From the NCBI GenBank assembly GCA_035625955.1, contig DASPOP010000310.1, positions 1 to 46,126 of the forward strand: a stretch of 46,126 nt of DNA, written 5' to 3'. Both the position numbers and the translations under genes were made by a program. This document shows, one piece after another, positions 1-9,449 of this stretch. The stretch's first letter is position 1; each line of letters opens with the position of its first letter. The notes beneath the pieces were generated by a model. That model was not told the DNA's origin and did not search any database. It saw only the letters and a program-made list of their open reading frames with translations. This DNA is from Steroidobacteraceae bacterium. Lineage in GTDB: Bacteria; Pseudomonadota; Gammaproteobacteria; Steroidobacterales; Steroidobacteraceae.

Positions 1-75
1 AGCGTGGCGCTGGTGATCCTGCAGATCGTCGCCGGACAGCTGCTGCTGCTCGCGCTGTTTCCGCCGGGCGGCTGA
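1..75 (+). CDS. 3' end of an upstream CDS, product unknown (hydrophobic C-terminus ...SVALVILQIVAGQLLLLALFPPGG*)
   Basis: Open frame from base 1 to TGA at 73-75. Hydrophobic tail suggests a membrane protein. Too short to identify. Confidence 0.3.
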   Translation, partial: SVALVILQIVAGQLLLLALFPPGG

Positions 76-86
76 GGAGACGGCGC

Positions 87-1475
87 GTGCACGTCCACAT
101 ACTCGGCATCGGCGGCACCTTCATGGGCGGCGTCGCGGCCATCGCCCGCGCCGCCGGCTGGCGCGTCACCGGCTCCGATCGCGACATGTACCCGCCGATG
201 AGCACACAGCTCGAGGCGCTCGGCATCGAGGTGACCGCCGGATTCGGCGCCGGGCAGCTCGGCCTCGACCCCGACATGGTGGTGGTCGGCAACGTGATGA
301 CGCGCGGCATGCCGGTCGTCGAGGCGCTGCTCGAGGCGGGTAAGCCGTACCTCTCGGGTCCGGAGTGGCTGGCGCGCGAGGTCCTGAAGGACCGCTGGGT
401 GCTGGCGGTGGCCGGCACCCACGGCAAGACCACGACCGCATCGCTGCTCGCGTGGATACTCGAGCACGCCGGGCTCGATCCCGGCTTCCTCATCGGCGGC
501 GTGCCGGCGAACTTCACCGCCAGCGCGCGCCTCGGCAGCGCGCCGTTCTTCGTCATCGAGGCGGACGAATACGACACCGCCTTCTTCGACAAGCGCGCCA
601 AGTTCGTCCACTACCGGCCGCGGACCGTGGTGCTCAACAACCTCGAGTACGACCACGCCGACATCTACCCGGACGTCGGCGCGATCCAGCGGCAATTCCA
701 CCACCTGGTGCGCATCGTCCCGGGCGGCGGGCGCATCGCGTGGAACGCAGCCGATGAGCGCCTCAGGGAGACCCTCGCCATGGGCTGCTGGACGCCGCTG
801 GAGGGCTTTGCACGCGCCGGGCACCCGGACGCCCTGTGGAGCGCGCGCCCGCTCCCGGGGGCGGAGGATTTTTCCCGCTTCGAAGTGCTCGAGGCGGGGC
901 GCCCGCAGGGCACGGTCGAATGGCAGCTGATCGGCGCGCACAACGTCGACAACGCGCTAGCGGCGATCGCCGCCGCGCGCCACGCCGGGGTCCCGGTGCC
1001 GCGCGCCATCGAGGCGCTCGCGGGCTTTCGCGGCATCGCGCGCCGCATGCAGCTGCGCGGCGAGGTGCGCGGCGTGCGCGTGTACGACGACTTCGCGCAT
1101 CATCCCACCGCCATCGCCACCACGGTCGACGGTCTGCGCCGCCGCGTGGGCAGGGAGGCGCGCATCATCGCGGTGCTCGAGCCGCGCTCGCACACCATGC
1201 GCATGGGAGTGCATCGGAACACTCTCGCCCCGTCGCTCGCCGGCGCGGACGAAGTGTGGCTCTACACCCCGGCGGATCTCGGCTGGGACGCGAGCGCGGT
1301 GCTGGCGGCCTTCGGCAGCCGCGGCCATTCGGCGGGCGAGGTCGCGGCACTCGCGCACGAGCTCGCGCGCAGCTCCCGCCCGGGCGATCACGTGCTCGTC
1401 ATGAGCAACGGCGGCTTCGGCGGCCTGCACGAGAAGCTGCTCGCTGAACTGGCTAACGCTCCATCAAATCCGTGA
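87..1475 (+). CDS. mpl: UDP-N-acetylmuramate:L-alanyl-gamma-D-glutamyl-meso-diaminopimelate ligase (murein peptide ligase)
   Basis: N-terminus MHVHILGIGGTFMGG and P-loop AGTHGKTTT are typical of Mpl/Mur ligases. GTG start is preceded by GAGGAGA. 462 aa. Confidence 0.9.
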   Translation: MHVHILGIGGTFMGGVAAIARAAGWRVTGSDRDMYPPMSTQLEALGIEVTAGFGAGQLGLDPDMVVVGNVMTRGMPVVEALLEAGKPYLSGPEWLAREVLKDRWVLAVAGTHGKTTTASLLAWILEHAGLDPGFLIGGVPANFTASARLGSAPFFVIEADEYDTAFFDKRAKFVHYRPRTVVLNNLEYDHADIYPDVGAIQRQFHHLVRIVPGGGRIAWNAADERLRETLAMGCWTPLEGFARAGHPDALWSARPLPGAEDFSRFEVLEAGRPQGTVEWQLIGAHNVDNALAAIAAARHAGVPVPRAIEALAGFRGIARRMQLRGEVRGVRVYDDFAHHPTAIATTVDGLRRRVGREARIIAVLEPRSHTMRMGVHRNTLAPSLAGADEVWLYTPADLGWDASAVLAAFGSRGHSAGEVAALAHELARSSRPGDHVLVMSNGGFGGLHEKLLAELANAPSNP

Positions 1476-2520
1476 GCGCCTTCAGCACCTTCTCCATGCG
1501 ATTGCGGACCCGCGGCTGACCCGGGGAGGGCTCGCCGCCCGCGGACCGCCGGCCGTGCTCCAGGAGCGCGAACGCGGCGGCCTCGATGGCGTGCGGCTGA
1601 AGCTCGGCACGCACCGCGAGCCCGGCACGTACGCAGCAGTCGATGCGATGCGCCTGATCGTGCGCGATCGGCACTGCGACACACGGCAGGTCGCAGGCGA
1701 GCGCCTGCAGCAGCGTGTCGCCGCCATTGCAGACCACGAGCCGCGCGGTGCGGATCAGCTCGACGAGCTCCGCCGGCGGCAGCCGCGGCGCCACTCTGAG
1801 CAGGGCCGGACGCTCGCCGCCAGCGCCGGCGACGTCGGAGCCCACCAGCAGCGTCGGCACGCCACGCCGGGCGATCGCGTGCGCGGCCGAGGCGACGATG
1901 GCCGGCGCGTTCTCCGCCCCGGGGTGCGCGCTGCCGCCGCCGGGAACCACCAGCGCATAGCCGCCGGCCTGGAGTGTGAAGCGCGCCAGACACTCGTTCG
2001 AACGCCCGAGGTCGGCGGCGGGCAGCAGGGTGTCGATGAAGCGGATGGCCGGGCGCTTCAGCACCCGCAGCTTCAGACGCTCCAGGGGGTTGAGTGCGCC
2101 GGCGATGAAGCGCGGGTAGGCGATCCAGTGCTCGTCGATCAGGCGCATCCACTGCAGCCGGAATGCCTTGCGGCGCTGGCGGCGCCGTGAGCTCACGTAG
2201 ACGATGCGCGCGCCGGCGGCCTGCGCCGCCCGCAGCTGCACCGTGCGCCCGGCGTTGTCGAACACCACGACGCGGGGCGTGAGCTTCTCGATCAGGGCGC
2301 GCACCTCGCGCGGGTGGAAGGTCGCCGAGGAGGGCAGCAGGGTCGTGGGGAACGGCGTGTCGGCGGCGTAGGGCGCCGCGCGGCTCAACGCGAAGTGCAT
2401 CTCGAGACCCGGCGCGCGGCGCGCCAGAGCCGTGGCGATCATGAGGCAGCGCGCGTACTCTCCCATACCCCGGGGTCCGGATACCGGAATGAACAACAAC
2501 CGGGCGCTCGGGGTCGACAC
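1453..2520 (-). CDS. Glycosyltransferase, GT-B fold (MurG/GT28-like C-terminal domain)
   Basis: C-terminal part of the 724-aa track ORF. N-terminal loop LLFIPVSGPRGMGEYARC and C-terminal NGGDTLLQALACDLPCVAVPIAHDQ resemble MurG/UDP-glycosyltransferase-type proteins. The upstream 370 aa of the track ORF is shadow of the opposite-strand gene. Start set at GTG 2520; GTG 2526 is an alternative. The 3' end overlaps the mpl stop by 23 nt (convergent). Confidence 0.7.
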   Translation of the reverse strand: MSTPSARLLFIPVSGPRGMGEYARCLMIATALARRAPGLEMHFALSRAAPYAADTPFPTTLLPSSATFHPREVRALIEKLTPRVVVFDNAGRTVQLRAAQAAGARIVYVSSRRRQRRKAFRLQWMRLIDEHWIAYPRFIAGALNPLERLKLRVLKRPAIRFIDTLLPAADLGRSNECLARFTLQAGGYALVVPGGGSAHPGAENAPAIVASAAHAIARRGVPTLLVGSDVAGAGGERPALLRVAPRLPPAELVELIRTARLVVCNGGDTLLQALACDLPCVAVPIAHDQAHRIDCCVRAGLAVRAELQPHAIEAAAFALLEHGRRSAGGEPSPGQPRVRNRMEKVLKALTDLMER

Positions 2521-2538
2521 GGCCACGAATGGTAGACG

Positions 2539-3603
2539 ATGGCACCGCTCCTGTTCTTCGATCCGCTGTGTCCGCGCCCCTATGGCGAGGAAAGCCTGCG
2601 CGAGGGGGGGCTGGCCGGCACCGAGGCGAGCACGGTGCGTATCGCGGCCGCGCTCGACGCCTGGGTGGCGCAGCACAACCGTACCGTGGCCGAGGGGCGT
2701 TACCGGCCGCCGAGCGCCGTCGCGCACGTGCGGCACGTGGTGGTGCTGCGCGACCCGCGGGCGCTCAGGGACGCGGCGCGGCTCTTCCCCGAGGCGCGCT
2801 TCACCCTCTGGGTGCACGATCGCATCGAGCCGGGTTCCTCGCGCGCGCGCTGGTTCGGGCACGCCGCGCGGGAGCTGCGCCGCCTGCAACCCAACCTCGT
2901 GTGTGTGTCGGATTACCAGCGCGAGCGGGTGGCGGCCACCCTCGCGGGACTCGCAGGCTGCGAGCACCTCGCGGTGCGGCGCATCTACAACCCGGTCGAC
3001 GACGCCATCGCTCCGGACGGCACGCCCGTCGACCCGGCGAAGCTGGTGTTCTTCTCCTCGCCCAACAAGGGGCTGCGTTTTGCGCTCGATGCCTTTCGCG
3101 CGCTGCGGCGAAGCATGCCGGAGCTGCGCCTGTGCGTCGGCAATCCCGGGTACAAGAGCTTCGCCGCGGCCGCCACCCCCGGAGTGGAGTGGCTGGGATC
3201 GTTGCCGCACGCACGCGTGCTGGCGGAGGCGCGCGGCGCGCTCTGCACCTTCAGCCCTAACTTCGTCATCCCCGAGACCTTCGGCCTGGTGTTCGCCGAG
3301 TCGCACGCCGTGGGCACGCCGGTGCTGACCTACGACTGCGGCGCCGCACGCGAGGTGCTCGGCGATCCGGAGGAGCTCCTGCCGGTAACCTGGGCGCAGC
3401 GCGCCTATGAGGCACCGCTGCACCGCCTCGAGCCGCGCTGGCGCGCGGCCCCGGCGCTGCTCGCCGACCGCCTCGGGCTGTTCGATGCCTGCATCGAGCG
3501 CATCCGCCGCTGGCGCGAAGGCGGGCGGCCCCGGGTTGGCCCCGATGCGCGCTTCCGCCTCTCGGTGATCGCGGCCGAATGGCGCAGCCACCTCGCGCTC
3601 TGA
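2539..3603 (+). CDS. Glycosyltransferase family 4 / GT1-type (E-x7-E motif), probable LPS core or exopolysaccharide enzyme
   Basis: Motif PETFGLVFAESHAVGTPVLTYDCGAAREVL (EX7E) and a GT-B Rossmann-like layout. 354 aa. Divergent from the previous glycosyltransferase with an 18-bp gap. Confidence 0.8.
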   Translation: MAPLLFFDPLCPRPYGEESLREGGLAGTEASTVRIAAALDAWVAQHNRTVAEGRYRPPSAVAHVRHVVVLRDPRALRDAARLFPEARFTLWVHDRIEPGSSRARWFGHAARELRRLQPNLVCVSDYQRERVAATLAGLAGCEHLAVRRIYNPVDDAIAPDGTPVDPAKLVFFSSPNKGLRFALDAFRALRRSMPELRLCVGNPGYKSFAAAATPGVEWLGSLPHARVLAEARGALCTFSPNFVIPETFGLVFAESHAVGTPVLTYDCGAAREVLGDPEELLPVTWAQRAYEAPLHRLEPRWRAAPALLADRLGLFDACIERIRRWREGGRPRVGPDARFRLSVIAAEWRSHLAL

Positions 3604-3617
3604 GGGGCAGGACCGGT

Positions 3618-4514
3618 ATGCGCGCATTCCTCTGGTTTCTGCTGCTGCTCGCCGTAGCGCTCGGCGTGGTCGCCGTCTTCACCTATCCGGCCTGGCTGCT
3701 GCTGCATCCGTATTTCGACTTCCCGTTCCACCGCATCGGCGAGCGCATCGGCATGCTGGCGCTCGCCGCCGGGTTCCTGCTCGTGGCGCGGCGCCTGAAG
3801 CTCACCGACCGCACGAGTCTCGGCTACGGAGCACCCAGGCCGCTGTTCGTGCGCGAGATGCTCATCGGACTGGCGCTCGGCGCTGCGACCATGCTGACCG
3901 TCGTGGCGGCCATGAGCGCGCTCGGCCTGCTCGACTGGTCTAGCGCGGCCGCCATGGGCACGGGCGCACTGGCGCGGCTCTTCGCCGCGAGCCTCGCCAG
4001 CGGGCTGGCGGTCGCGCTCATCGAGGAGACCTTCGTGCGCGGGGCGATGTACACGGCCATCGAGCGCGAGTCGGGCGCGCGCGCCGCGGTGATCCTCACC
4101 TCACTGCTCTACGCGGCGACACACTTCTTCGGCAAGGTGCGCATCGCACCGGAGGACGTCACACCCTGGAGCGGCGTGACGCTGCTCGGCCAGTCACTGC
4201 AGGCCTTTGCGCACTTCGCCGGCATTGCCGATGCGTTCCTGGCGCTCACAGCGGTTGGCGTGGTGCTGGCGTTCGTGCGCCAGGCGACCGGCAACATCGC
4301 CGCCTGCCTCGGGCTGCACGCCGGCTGGGTGTGGCTGATGCTGGTGGCGCACCAGCTCAGCGCGCCGCGCCGCGATGCGCCGCTCGGCTTTCTCCTCAGC
4401 CGCTTCGACGGCTTCGTCGGCTGGCTGGTGCTTGGCTGGGCGGTCCTGCTGGCCGTACCGCTGTGGCGGTTCTACGCTGCGCGGGCCGCCGGCTCGAGCG
4501 CTCAATCCAGTTGA
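3618..4514 (+). CDS. CPBP family intramembrane glutamic endopeptidase (CAAX protease-like)
   Basis: Multi-pass hydrophobic protein with the EExxxR motif (IEETFVRG) and downstream conserved His (ATHFFGK, LGLHAGW). Start trimmed to ATG 3618 (MRAFLWFLLLL). Confidence 0.75.
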   Translation: MRAFLWFLLLLAVALGVVAVFTYPAWLLLHPYFDFPFHRIGERIGMLALAAGFLLVARRLKLTDRTSLGYGAPRPLFVREMLIGLALGAATMLTVVAAMSALGLLDWSSAAAMGTGALARLFAASLASGLAVALIEETFVRGAMYTAIERESGARAAVILTSLLYAATHFFGKVRIAPEDVTPWSGVTLLGQSLQAFAHFAGIADAFLALTAVGVVLAFVRQATGNIAACLGLHAGWVWLMLVAHQLSAPRRDAPLGFLLSRFDGFVGWLVLGWAVLLAVPLWRFYAARAAGSSAQSS

Positions 4515-5371
4515 TGGGGCGCGTGCCCGTCCTTGCGCAGCCCCTCGAGCAGGCCTCCCTTGCCGACCAGGTGCAGCGCTCCGACCACGACCAGGCAGTT
4601 GTCATCGCCCTGCAGCAGCCGCTCGATCTCGGGCAGCCAATGCCGGTTGCGATCCATCACCAGGGCGTCGTAGAGCGCCGGGAAGGAGCGGTACTCGGTC
4701 GCGAGCAGCGTGGCGAGTTGTGCGGCGTCACCGCGCCGCCAGGCCACGAGCACCGCGCGCGTCTCGTCCCCGGTGTCGTCGAGATCGTCGAGCACCATGT
4801 CGAGGAAGCGCAGCTGCGCGGCCGGTGCGAGCGTTTCGAAGACGCCCATCTCGTCCGCCAGGCTCTCGAGCCCCGCGGTGCTCTTATGATCGGCGAGCGC
4901 ACGCCGCAGCAGCTGCTGCTCGACTCCCCGCTCCGGGTCGAAGCCGAGGCGCGCGTACTCGAGCTCGGTGAGCTGCAGGGCCACCATCCACGGCGCCTCG
5001 TGATCCATCGAGATGGCCGGCAGGCCGAGCGCCGTGGCTGCGGCGCTGGCGCGCGCATAGCGCGGTGGCCCGGCGACCTCGCGCAGAGTCGTGCCCTCCG
5101 GAAGACCGCCATGCTGCAGCAGCGTGCTGAGCGCCTCGGCGGAGTCGAGCTTGCCGAGGTCGATCTCCATCATGAGGCATGCCGAGTCGGCGTAGGCGCG
5201 CGCGAAGGCCGGCGGCAGCGCGGCATCGGCCTCGGGCAGCAGATGGATCGAGCCGGCGAGATAGACGGTGTTATGCGCGCCGCGGATCGCCCACACGGGG
5301 CCCGCGGCTTCGGCGCTCAGGCAGCCGAGCAGGCCGAGCGCGAGGAGCCACCGACACGCTGATCCAGCCAC
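4502..5371 (-). CDS. TraB/GumN family protein, exported
   Basis: Motifs VYLAGSIHLLP, ...HWLPEIERLL and LVVVGALHLVG are typical of the GumN/TraB family. Start placed at GTG 5371, which gives signal peptide VAGSACRWLLALGLLGCLSAEAAG. The start is uncertain and would overlap the cpdA 3' end by 55 nt. Confidence 0.7.
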   Translation of the reverse strand: MAGSACRWLLALGLLGCLSAEAAGPVWAIRGAHNTVYLAGSIHLLPEADAALPPAFARAYADSACLMMEIDLGKLDSAEALSTLLQHGGLPEGTTLREVAGPPRYARASAAATALGLPAISMDHEAPWMVALQLTELEYARLGFDPERGVEQQLLRRALADHKSTAGLESLADEMGVFETLAPAAQLRFLDMVLDDLDDTGDETRAVLVAWRRGDAAQLATLLATEYRSFPALYDALVMDRNRHWLPEIERLLQGDDNCLVVVGALHLVGKGGLLEGLRKDGHAPHQLD

Positions 5372-6108
5372 ACGACCTCCGTCAGCAGCGAGCCGTCGGC
5401 CCGCAGCTCGAGCGTACGATACGCCGGCGGCCGCGGGTCGACCGCGAAGTCGTCCGATTCGGGCAGGAACTGCGCGCAGGTCGAGGGCGTGGCCAGCAGC
5501 CGTACCCCTTTGCGCAGCGCGTCGTAGGTCTGATGCACGTGGCCCCATACGACGGCGCGCACGTTCCGGTGCCGGTCGAGGGTAGCGAGGAATTCCGGCG
5601 CGTTCTCGAGTCCCACGCGGTCGAGCCAGCGGCTCGCCATCGGCACCGGGTGATGGTGCAGGCATACCATGCAGTGACGCTTGCCGGCAGTGCCGAGCGC
5701 CGCGTCGAGCTTGCTCAGGGCGTCAGGGCTCAAGCGCCCGCTCGCCGAGCCGGGGACGCAGCTGTCGAGCAGCACGATGCGCCAGCGGCCCAGATCGAAA
5801 TTGCCGCCGAGAACGAACGGCGATCCGTAGAGCTCGCGGCGCATCGCCTGCGGCTCGTCGTGATTGCCGGGGATGCAGAGCACCGGCAGCCCGAGCGCCC
5901 CGAACAGGCGGCGGAAATGGGGGTAGCCGGCCGGATCGTCCTGCACGATGTCGCCGGTCACGAGCAGCGCATCCGGCGGCCAGTCGTGCGCCTGCGCGCG
6001 CGCCAGCGCGGCCGCGAGCGCCGGCAGAGTCGGCACTCCGCGCAACGACTCGCTCTCGCCGCCGTAGAGATGCGGGTCAGTGAAGTGTGTGAGGCGGACC
6101 ACGCTCAT
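5317..6108 (-). CDS. cpdA: 3',5'-cyclic-AMP phosphodiesterase (calcineurin-like metallophosphoesterase)
   Basis: Motifs HFTDPHL, VTGDIVQD, GNHD, LHHHP and GHVH are in the order typical of CpdA/Icc. 263 aa. Confidence 0.85.
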   Translation of the reverse strand: MSVVRLTHFTDPHLYGGESESLRGVPTLPALAAALARAQAHDWPPDALLVTGDIVQDDPAGYPHFRRLFGALGLPVLCIPGNHDEPQAMRRELYGSPFVLGGNFDLGRWRIVLLDSCVPGSASGRLSPDALSKLDAALGTAGKRHCMVCLHHHPVPMASRWLDRVGLENAPEFLATLDRHRNVRAVVWGHVHQTYDALRKGVRLLATPSTCAQFLPESDDFAVDPRPPAYRTLELRADGSLLTEVVWLDQRVGGSSRSACSAA

Positions 6109-6354
6109 GAGAAAAAAGAGCCTAGCAGAGCGGCCCCCGACGAGGCAGTGAACCAGGTCGCCAGCTCCGCTCGCGGGCTGTCAGACGGCGCTCACACTGA
6201 CGGCACGGCGCGCGCTGCGGACTGCTCATAATGTGAAGCACGCCCGCAGGCGGTGCGCAGCCGCGGGAACTTAAGTCGAATCAGTCGATCGGGGCGGGCA
6301 CGGCCGGTGCAATCGGCGCGGGCCACGGGTGCGCCGCGCGCCCGGTCACGCAAT

Positions 6355-6383
6355 TTGAGCATCGGGCGCGCCTTTGGGAGAAT
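6355..6383 (+). promoter_or_regulatory. Candidate sigma70 promoter for the tkt operon (TTGAGC-17 nt-GAGAAT), overlapped by a GGGCGCGC-N12-GCGCGCCC palindrome
   Basis: Hexamers read directly: TTGAGC at 6355-6360 and GAGAAT at 6378-6383, about 60 nt upstream of the tkt ATG. No experimental support. Confidence 0.25.
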
Positions 6384-6441
6384 GCGCGCCCCTGCACGGC
6401 CGCCAGGCACCGCGGCCTCCGAAAGCCGCCCAAGGCACTGC

Positions 6442-8439
6442 ATGACCACTCGCCGCGAACTTGCCAATGCCATCCGCGCACTCTCCATGGACGCCGTGCA
6501 GCGTGCCAACTCGGGCCACCCGGGCATGCCGATGGGCATGGCGGATATCGCCCAGGTGCTGTGGTCGGATTTCCTCAGGTACAACCCGGGGAATCCCGGA
6601 TGGGTGAACCGCGACCGCTTCGTGCTCTCCAACGGCCACGGCTCGATGCTCCTTTATTCAGTGCTGCATCTGACCGGCTATCCGCTCAGCATCTCGGACC
6701 TCCAGGCCTTCCGCCAGCTCGGCAGCAGGACGCCCGGCCACCCGGAACACGACTTGGCCGCAGGCATCGAGACCACCACCGGGCCGCTCGGGCAGGGACT
6801 CGCGAACGCCGTAGGGATGGCGCTCGCCGAGAAGCTGCTGGCGCTGCGCTTCAACCGCCCGGACTTCGCGCTGATCGACCACCATACCTATGCTTTCTGC
6901 GGCGACGGCTGTCTCATGGAAGGCGTTTCGCACGAGGCCTGCTCGCTCGCCGGGACGCTTGGCCTCGGCAAGCTCATCGTCTTCTACGATGACAACGGCA
7001 TCTCCATCGACGGCAAGGTCGCCGGCTGGTTCACCGACGACACGCCGGCGCGCTTCGCCGCCTACGGCTGGCAGGTGATTCCGGGCGTCGACGGGCTCGA
7101 TCCGGAAGCGGTGGGCGAGGCGATCCGTGCCGCACGCGCGGAAGTCTCGCGGCCGTCCCTGATCTGCTGCAAGACCATCATCGGCTACGGCGCACCTCAC
7201 CGGCAGGGCACCAAGGAGGCGCACGGCGAGGCGCTCGGCCCCGAGGAGGTCGCCGCGGCGCGCGTCGCCCTCGGCTGGCCCTACCCGCCGTTCGTCGTGC
7301 CGGAGGAGATCCGCGCGGCGTGGGACCATCGCGCGCAGGGCGCGGCGCTCGAGGCCGAGTGGCGCGAGCTCTCACGACGCTATGCGAAGCAGTACCCCGG
7401 GGAGGCGCGCGAGTTCGAGCGGCGCATGCGTGGCGAGCTGCCCGCGGGCTGGCGCGCAGCCGCCGCGCAGGCTCTCGAGCCGCTCATCAAGCAGACCGCT
7501 CCCCAGGCGACGCGTGCCTCCTCGCAGGCCGCGCTCAACGTGCTCGCGCCGATGCTGCCGGAGCTCTTCGGTGGCTCGGCGGATCTCACCCAGTCGAACA
7601 GCACTCTCTTCAAGAGCGCGCGCACCCTGACGCCGCGGGATGAGGTGGGCGACTACCTGCATTACGGCGTGCGCGAGTTCGGCATGACGGGGATCATGAA
7701 CGGCATTGCGCTCCACGGCGGCGTCATCCCCTACGGCGGCACCTTCCTGGTGTTCTCCGATTACGCGCGCAACGCCGTGCGCCTCGCCTGCCTGATGCAG
7801 CAGCGCGTGGTGCTGGTGTACTCGCACGACTCGATCGGGCTCGGTGAGGACGGCCCGACCCACCAGCCGATCGAGCAGCTCGCGAGCCTGAGGGCCATTC
7901 CGCACATGAGCTTGTGGCGCCCGTGCGATGCGGCGGAGACTGCGGTCGCCTGGACGCTGGCGCTCGAGCGCCAGGGGCCGACGTCGCTGGTGTTGACACG
8001 CCAGGGGTTGCCACAGCAGCCCCGTACCGCGGCGCAGCTCGCGAATATCGCGCGCGGCGGCTACGTGCTCATCGACTGCCCGGGCGCTGCGGAAGCGCTG
8101 GTGATCGCGACCGGCTCGGAGGTCGGCATCGCGGCGCAGGCGGTCAATGCCCTGAATGCCGCCGGCAGGCGCGTGCGGCTGGTGTCGCTGCCGTCCACCG
8201 ACGCCTTCGATGCCCAGGACGAGGCGTACCGCGAGGCGGTACTGCCGCGAGCGGTCACGCGACGGCTGGCGGTCGAGGCCGGCGCCACCCAGAGCTGGTG
8301 GCGCTACGTGGGGGGAGCGGGCAGGGTGCTCGGCATCGACCGCTTCGGAGCCTCGGGCAGGGCGGCCGATGTTTTTACTCATTTCGGCTTCACGGCCGAT
8401 AATATTGCGCTTCAGATACGCGCACTGCTGGAGGTTTGA
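6442..8439 (+). CDS. tkt: Transketolase
   Basis: [37 protein letters not shown] and the thiamine-diphosphate motif GDGCLMEG. Start trimmed to ATG 6442 (665 aa). Confidence 0.97.
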   Translation: MTTRRELANAIRALSMDAVQRANSGHPGMPMGMADIAQVLWSDFLRYNPGNPGWVNRDRFVLSNGHGSMLLYSVLHLTGYPLSISDLQAFRQLGSRTPGHPEHDLAAGIETTTGPLGQGLANAVGMALAEKLLALRFNRPDFALIDHHTYAFCGDGCLMEGVSHEACSLAGTLGLGKLIVFYDDNGISIDGKVAGWFTDDTPARFAAYGWQVIPGVDGLDPEAVGEAIRAARAEVSRPSLICCKTIIGYGAPHRQGTKEAHGEALGPEEVAAARVALGWPYPPFVVPEEIRAAWDHRAQGAALEAEWRELSRRYAKQYPGEAREFERRMRGELPAGWRAAAAQALEPLIKQTAPQATRASSQAALNVLAPMLPELFGGSADLTQSNSTLFKSARTLTPRDEVGDYLHYGVREFGMTGIMNGIALHGGVIPYGGTFLVFSDYARNAVRLACLMQQRVVLVYSHDSIGLGEDGPTHQPIEQLASLRAIPHMSLWRPCDAAETAVAWTLALERQGPTSLVLTRQGLPQQPRTAAQLANIARGGYVLIDCPGAAEALVIATGSEVGIAAQAVNALNAAGRRVRLVSLPSTDAFDAQDEAYREAVLPRAVTRRLAVEAGATQSWWRYVGGAGRVLGIDRFGASGRAADVFTHFGFTADNIALQIRALLEV

Positions 8440-9449
8440 TGGCAATCAAGGTCGGGATCAACGGTTATGGCCGTATCGGGCGCAACGTGCTGCGCGCGCT
8501 CTACGAATCAAGGCGCACCGGCGAGCTCAGGATCGTGGCGCTCAACGATCTGGGCGACCCCAAGACCAATGCGCACCTGACGCGCTACGACACCGCGCAC
8601 GGCAAGTTCCCGGGCGAGGTGAAGGTGGACGGCGACAGCATGGTCGTGAACGGCGACCGCGTGCGGGTGCTGGCGGAGCGCGATCCCGCCAAGCTCCCCT
8701 GGGGCGAGCTCGGGGTCGACTACGTGCTCGAGTGCACCGGGCTCTTCACCAGCAAGGCCAAGGCCGGCGCGCACCTGAAGGGGGGCGCGAAGAAGGTGGT
8801 GATCTCGGCGCCGGGAGGCGACGACGTCGACGCCACCATCGTCTACGGCGTCAATGACGGGACGCTGAAGAGCAGCTTCACCGTGATCTCCAACGCCTCC
8901 TGCACCACCAACTGCCTGGCGCCGGTCGCCAAGGTGCTGCATGGCAAGGTCGGCATCGCCGCCGGCATCATGACGACCATTCATGCCTACACCAACGATC
9001 AGGTGCTCACCGACGTCTATCACTCGGACTTGAGGCGCGCCCGCTCGGCCACCATGTCGCAGATCCCGACCAAGACCGGGGCCGCCGCGGCGGTGGGGCT
9101 GGTGCTGCCGGAGCTCAAGGGCAAGCTCGATGGCTTCGCAGTGCGCGTCCCGACCATCAACGTTTCCCTCGTCGATCTCACCTTCAGCGCCCGGCGCGCC
9201 ACCTCCGTCGAGGAGATCAATCAGGCGATGAAGGAGGCGGCCGGCCCGATGAAGGGCATCCTCGCTTACAACACCGAGCCGCTGGTGTCCATCGACTTCA
9301 ATCACGACGCGCATTCCGCGATCTTCGACGCCACCCTCACCAAGGTGATCGACGGGACGCTGGTCAAGGTGTGCGCCTGGTATGACAACGAGTGGGGATT
9401 CTCCAACCGCATGATCGACACCACGCTCGCGTGGTCTAAGGTCTCATGA
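8439..9449 (+). CDS. gap: Glyceraldehyde-3-phosphate dehydrogenase
   Basis: [14 protein letters not shown] and active-site [10 protein letters not shown]. Its ATG overlaps the tkt TGA (TGATG). Confidence 0.97.
   Translation: MAIKVGINGYGRIGRNVLRALYESRRTGELRIVALNDLGDPKTNAHLTRYDTAHGKFPGEVKVDGDSMVVNGDRVRVLAERDPAKLPWGELGVDYVLECTGLFTSKAKAGAHLKGGAKKVVISAPGGDDVDATIVYGVNDGTLKSSFTVISNASCTTNCLAPVAKVLHGKVGIAAGIMTTIHAYTNDQVLTDVYHSDLRRARSATMSQIPTKTGAAAAVGLVLPELKGKLDGFAVRVPTINVSLVDLTFSARRATSVEEINQAMKEAAGPMKGILAYNTEPLVSIDFNHDAHSAIFDATLTKVIDGTLVKVCAWYDNEWGFSNRMIDTTLAWSKVS

Noticed and set aside
1453-3627. Composite track ORFs taken at face value: the 724-aa ORF at 1453-3627, the 695-aa ORF at 37419-39506, the 670-aa ORF at 43117-45129 and the 475-aa ORF at 34045-35472.
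   Set aside because: Only the 3' portions carry recognisable domains (glycosyltransferase, Rieske protein, nitronate monooxygenase, small 2OG protein). The 5' portions overlap well-supported genes on the other strand or in another frame, so I trimmed to internal starts.
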